This document shows, piece after piece, positions 61,501 to 64,000 of a stretch of DNA of 64,000 bases. Each line of letters starts with the position of its first letter. Position 1 is the first letter of the stretch. The translations under genes were made by a program, and so were the position numbers. Under the pieces are notes generated by a model that searched no databases, was not told the DNA's origin, and was given only the letters and a program-made list of their open reading frames with translations. This DNA comes from an uncultured Verrucomicrobiota bacterium. Its GTDB lineage: Bacteria > Verrucomicrobiota > Verrucomicrobiia > Limisphaerales > CAZVRY01. The stretch lies in assembly GCA_964629545.1 (NCBI GenBank), contig CAZVRY010000001.1, positions 27,305 to 91,304 on the forward strand, given 5' to 3'.

Positions 61501-63876
61501 ACCGGCCGGCCAGTTGGCCGCGGGCGGATAGCCTCGACTGGACAGGGCCGAGGGCCGCCCCATGACCATCCCGGAGAACCAGTCGTCCATGTTCATGTAG
61601 GGCGTATGTCCCGGATGCTGCCCGGGGGTGCCGTCGTTTGGCCCGGAAGAGTAGAGAGCCGTGACGCTGCGTTCGGACGCCAGCGCCGTGGTAGCGGTGG
61701 TCATCTGGATCATGTTCAGCGGATTGCGTCCGAGTCCCCAATCCGCCTCCAGGGTCAGGGCGGTCAGCAGGTCTTGGGCGATGTTGCGATCGTCCGTCAT
61801 GGCGTGCGCCACGATGGCTGCCTGCATGTTCTGAATCGTATGGAAATAGCCGAGTTCCTCCTCGGTCCCGCGACGGCTCGGACGGTTGTGACGCTGGGCC
61901 GCCAATTGCTGGCCGCGGTGAACGAAGGCCGCGCGCATCGGCTCGCGCAGGTCGGGGTCCCCGACGGGCCAAGGGGTGGTGAGATAGGCGACGCTGGCAT
62001 AGTCCTGATTGTGCGCGTCGAAGCGCGCCAGGACCGCCGTGGGAGATGTCGCGATGCTTTCCGCGCGGAGCACCGCTTCCCAGGCGCGGTCGCCGGTGAG
62101 GTTGAAAAGAAAAGCGGCGGCGGTCATCTTCAGGTCTCGCCCGCGGAAAGTGGCCCCGCCCGCTTCCTGCGTGCGGTCCAGCATGGGATCGCTGAGGCTG
62201 TCAGCGTGGCGATAGGCCTGGAGAGCGGCGTTGCGATAGAAGTTCATTTCCTGGGGCCGACGGGCCAGACGGAAGGACTCGGCCAGCATCGCCGCGTTGG
62301 CCGCCGCCGCCCAGGCGGCGATGGCCGTGGCCCCGGCCTGATACATGATGTTGTCATTATCCGGATTGGACAAACCGTGGGCGTAGCCAGATCCATCCCG
62401 CAAACTGAGCCAGAAATCGACCTCGTAGCGGGCCTCATCGATGACATCCGGGATGCCATTCCCGCTCTCGGCGAGGCCCAGATCGTCGTCCTCGAGTCGT
62501 CCACCACTCAGCAAGAACGGCAGCAGCAGATCGTGGATGATGGAGATGTGGCCCAGGTGTCGGTCCCAGTCCAAAGCATCGCTGTGCCCTCCGGCCGCCG
62601 CTGGATTCTCGGGACGCCCCGGCTGCACAAAGGCGGCGAAGAACTGCGGCTCATCCCACCGGTCCCCTCCACCCGCCCACTCCGCCCGATAGGGATGCAT
62701 GTCCGTCTTGAGGACCCGAAAATTTGCCGGATCCTTGGCCGGGGAAGATCGAAACAACGGGCGACGCGGGACCGGGACCATGTCGAGGCTGTCCTGGCCG
62801 ATGCGCATGTAGAAGAACCCGCGGGTGGAAACCAGAAACGGATCGCGATAAACGCCGGACTTGACCTCAAAATCCTGACTGCACCCGACGCCCTCGACGG
62901 CCAACCGGTAGGTCCCTGGCGTCGCGGGGGTGGCAAAATCGGCCGCCCACACCGAGGAGCGGGTCATATCCCGCCCGAACAGATCCGGACCCGCCGGTTT
63001 CCAGAGGGCAACCGAACCGACTTCCTGCGCAGTCCCCGTCAGCACGTGGTAAAGGTAGACCTTTCTCCCGACAAAACTGGCATAGTCGCGCGCCCCGCCA
63101 TCGCCCATCCAGAGATAGAGATCGGCCGCGTGGACGGCGTTGGTGGTGTCGTAGCCGACCAAATTGACTTTGATCGCCTCGCTGCGAGCCTGGAAGACGT
63201 CGAAAACCAGGTTGGTGGAGGCGAGGTTCACGTTGACCGCCGGGGCGATCTCGAGGGTGATGGGGCTACCCTGCGCCAGCGGTTGTGGCAGCCGGAGATA
63301 GATCTGGTGCTCCAAGGTGTAGGCGTAGTTGAAATCAGCGGCCGCGTCGTTCCAGGCGAGTTGGGCCATGCCATTGACCTTGGTCTTCCGGTGGATGGCC
63401 TCGGGCTGCAATCCCCCGGAATAAGCTCCGGGCCCTCGGATCGTCCAGTTGGCCGGGTTCGTGGCCTGGTCCACGGGCAGCGTTCCGTAGGGAACAACCA
63501 CGTTCAGGGATGGATCGTCGACGAAGTTCCGGTACGCGGAAGGTCCGGAGGCGTTGTCCGCGAAACTCACCGCCCCCTCTTCCACGTGCACCAGGAGATA
63601 GCTCGAGTCCACGGTCGAGACGGACACGACGCGCGCGGGTGCGGCCAGGACGCAGGCCAGGGAAAGCGTCGAGAGCAAGCCGATGACGGCCGGACGCCCC
63701 CATCGTTTCAGCCGGGAACCGCCGGCTCCAACGGCGTTCGCTCGCGGCGTTGAGCCCGTCGTCGGCACGAGGGCCTGGGAACGACCGGGGAGCAGCCCGA
63801 AGCGACACGGCGATTCGGCGATCGCAGGAAGCCGGCGGGCGGCGTTGAGGCAGGGGGCAAGGGGAGGTGTCTTCAT
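58546..63876 (-). CDS. Giant secreted multidomain glycoside-hydrolase-like protein (1776 aa): CelD_N-like Ig + GH9-like (alpha/alpha)6 region, 4 Listeria-Bacteroides (Flg_new) repeats, 2 Fn3, 2 CBM-like modules, TSP3-like motif, PVC-type terminal beta-sandwich
   Basis: 'KVNLVGYDTTN...YRLAVEGVGCSQDFEVKSGVY' is a cellulase N-terminal Ig-like pattern, and 'GGHSDALDWDRHLGH' is a GH9 'GG..DAGD'-like motif. The GH9 family call is tentative. The Flg_new repeats 'Y.VTYHANGAT.G..P..Q.K......L......L.R.G..F.GWNT..DGSG..Y' are clear. Fn3 modules 'L.WSPSTD..G..GY.(I/V)FRDG' are present. It ends '...LRRFFRLVVVKP'. Confidence 0.8.
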   Translation of the reverse strand: MKTPPLAPCLNAARRLPAIAESPCRFGLLPGRSQALVPTTGSTPRANAVGAGGSRLKRWGRPAVIGLLSTLSLACVLAAPARVVSVSTVDSSYLLVHVEEGAVSFADNASGPSAYRNFVDDPSLNVVVPYGTLPVDQATNPANWTIRGPGAYSGGLQPEAIHRKTKVNGMAQLAWNDAAADFNYAYTLEHQIYLRLPQPLAQGSPITLEIAPAVNVNLASTNLVFDVFQARSEAIKVNLVGYDTTNAVHAADLYLWMGDGGARDYASFVGRKVYLYHVLTGTAQEVGSVALWKPAGPDLFGRDMTRSSVWAADFATPATPGTYRLAVEGVGCSQDFEVKSGVYRDPFLVSTRGFFYMRIGQDSLDMVPVPRRPLFRSSPAKDPANFRVLKTDMHPYRAEWAGGGDRWDEPQFFAAFVQPGRPENPAAAGGHSDALDWDRHLGHISIIHDLLLPFLLSGGRLEDDDLGLAESGNGIPDVIDEARYEVDFWLSLRDGSGYAHGLSNPDNDNIMYQAGATAIAAWAAAANAAMLAESFRLARRPQEMNFYRNAALQAYRHADSLSDPMLDRTQEAGGATFRGRDLKMTAAAFLFNLTGDRAWEAVLRAESIATSPTAVLARFDAHNQDYASVAYLTTPWPVGDPDLREPMRAAFVHRGQQLAAQRHNRPSRRGTEEELGYFHTIQNMQAAIVAHAMTDDRNIAQDLLTALTLEADWGLGRNPLNMIQMTTATTALASERSVTALYSSGPNDGTPGQHPGHTPYMNMDDWFSGMVMGRPSALSSRGYPPAANWPAGELFFNTRYVWAHSEFTPQQTMRGKQALYGYLYAITKTAGPVTYPVSYFANGAERGSTPANQIKTHDVALELMASDSGQLEWTGYVLDAWNTAPDGTGIDYAPGASYLGNAPLALHAKWRAVPTYSVTYHANGATEGSAPASQTKTHDVPLILASNDGQLVRPGHGFAGWNTVPDGSGIDYAAGAPYTANAAVTLHARWILDVTAPSPPSALQVLWASTNRIELAWSPSTDLYGLNGYRVFRDGFLAGTSFTTTFIDTGLLPDRHYVYTVRAVDLAGNVSPESAPVVGTTAAWDPNEYLDIFTDTASMIQDTWPGGGTLVIAQVEPHEGRQHYRYAYDLANWWDGFGLNLINWSGNGTGKNFAAYDAIQLAYKLTGDVAANLVLVDADNTSRTVPVPLGIATPIYQVVTIPLTAFTGIPLDDIGEIDVHLNGFGPAGQGVLDLDNIRLVRMASYPVTYHANAATGGTPPANQSKAHGLNLILAGNPGNLSRAGYYFSGWNTTADGSGTAFAEGSQYTENAALALYAVWLADNTPPSAPQDLTATGVTSTQINLSWSPSTDDHGVSGYQIFRDGVLAGTSAGTLFADTGLAPDARPTYTVVAVDVAGNVSPTSVAVVGVTAGQDPNQYLDVFTDAASLILATWTNGVTMALSQAQPYEGREHYRFSYDFSSWWAGFGLNLNNWMGNGLGRNFAAYDAIQIAYRLTGPASVTVAFKDADNATRTEPVLLGNPTGTYQWITLPLSAFTGMPIDDVGEIDVNIGGTQPSGQGLLDLDAIRLVKFATYAITYHANGATAGGVPLSQTKTNGYPLILAANSGNLSKDGRAFVGWNSASDSNGVGYAPGATFTDNAPMILYAMFDSLLAAHGTPIDWLRFYGLTSPSFDAAELADADGDGLAAWQEWVAGTDPTRAASVLRIQGIERFADGRGELRWPSAAGRLYRVQVSDSAESGYETLADGLPATAPTNVFTTAPTSQLRRFFRLVVVKP
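59164..61137 (-). repeat. Tandem duplication, 2 x 987 bp (59164-60150 and 60151-61137), each unit encoding Flg_new + Fn3 + CBM-like module
   Basis: I mapped residue blocks to coordinates by counting back from the stop codon. The M codon of '...IRLVRM|ASYPVTYHAN' was verified at 60151-60153. The units are colinear at the protein level, e.g. 'DPNEYLDIFTDTASMIQDTW...NFAAYDAIQLAYKLTG' versus 'DPNQYLDVFTDAASLILATW...NFAAYDAIQIAYRLTG'. Confidence 0.8.
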
Positions 63877-64000
63877 GGAGGTAGAATATCGTTGCGTAGG
63901 TTGAACGACCGTCAGGTCTCACGGTCCCGACACCCCCTACAGGGGAAAATTAGGTTACGACATTTCATCTATCAAAGGTCTTGCCAGAAGTCCAGCGCTT

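Noticed and set aside
1-64000. A search for CRISPR arrays, tRNA/rRNA genes, integrase/att sites and reverse-transcriptase/DGR features.
   Set aside because: I saw no regularly spaced direct repeats of 25-40 bp, no cloverleaf-like or rRNA-like segments, and no integrase or RT motifs in any supported ORF. Without tools, small ncRNAs cannot be excluded.

Overview
The window is GC-rich bacterial chromosomal DNA. Its gene content points to a PVC-superphylum genome (Verrucomicrobiota/Planctomycetota-like): an H-X9-DG pseudopilin-like fragment, an ELWxxDGT-repeat protein, TIGR02999-type and 'TTHWS'-type ECF sigma factors, and a Ser/Thr kinase with a WD40 ectodomain. This taxonomic placement is an inference.

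About half of the window (9.9-25.8 kb on the + strand and 30.9-47.0 kb on the - strand) is taken up by two diverged, convergently oriented copies of one three-gene cassette. The cassette proteins are roughly 1800, 1155 and 2320-2420 aa, are translationally coupled, and carry a signal peptide or an N-terminal membrane anchor. I cannot assign the cassette to any characterised system.

Each copy sits beside a different signalling module. Copy A follows a histidine kinase plus response regulator. Copy B is divergent from an ECF sigma factor plus Ser/Thr kinase. The two sensor proteins share a homologous extracytoplasmic coiled-coil/WD40 domain.

The rest of the window contains:
- a heavy-metal-type two-component pair and secreted beta-propeller/lectin-fold proteins at the left edge;
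- a partial ABC substrate-binding gene;
- an ArsS-like radical-SAM gene followed by a fused TIGR04282/TIGR04283-type glycosyltransferase;
- a glutamine amidotransferase-ferredoxin fusion and a Cys/Met-metabolism PLP enzyme;
- an ELWxxDGT-repeat protein;
- a 1776-aa GH9-like multidomain protein with a 987-bp tandem duplication.

Two short stretches (4.5-5.6 kb and 25.8-30.9 kb) are patchworks of truncated, frameshifted or nonsense-carrying gene fragments: merA, feoB, a GT2 piece, an IS200/RAYT-like Y1 transposase, an ECF sigma, radC and others.

I found no rRNA, tRNA or CRISPR array. Many long antisense ORFs in the track are GC-bias artefacts.
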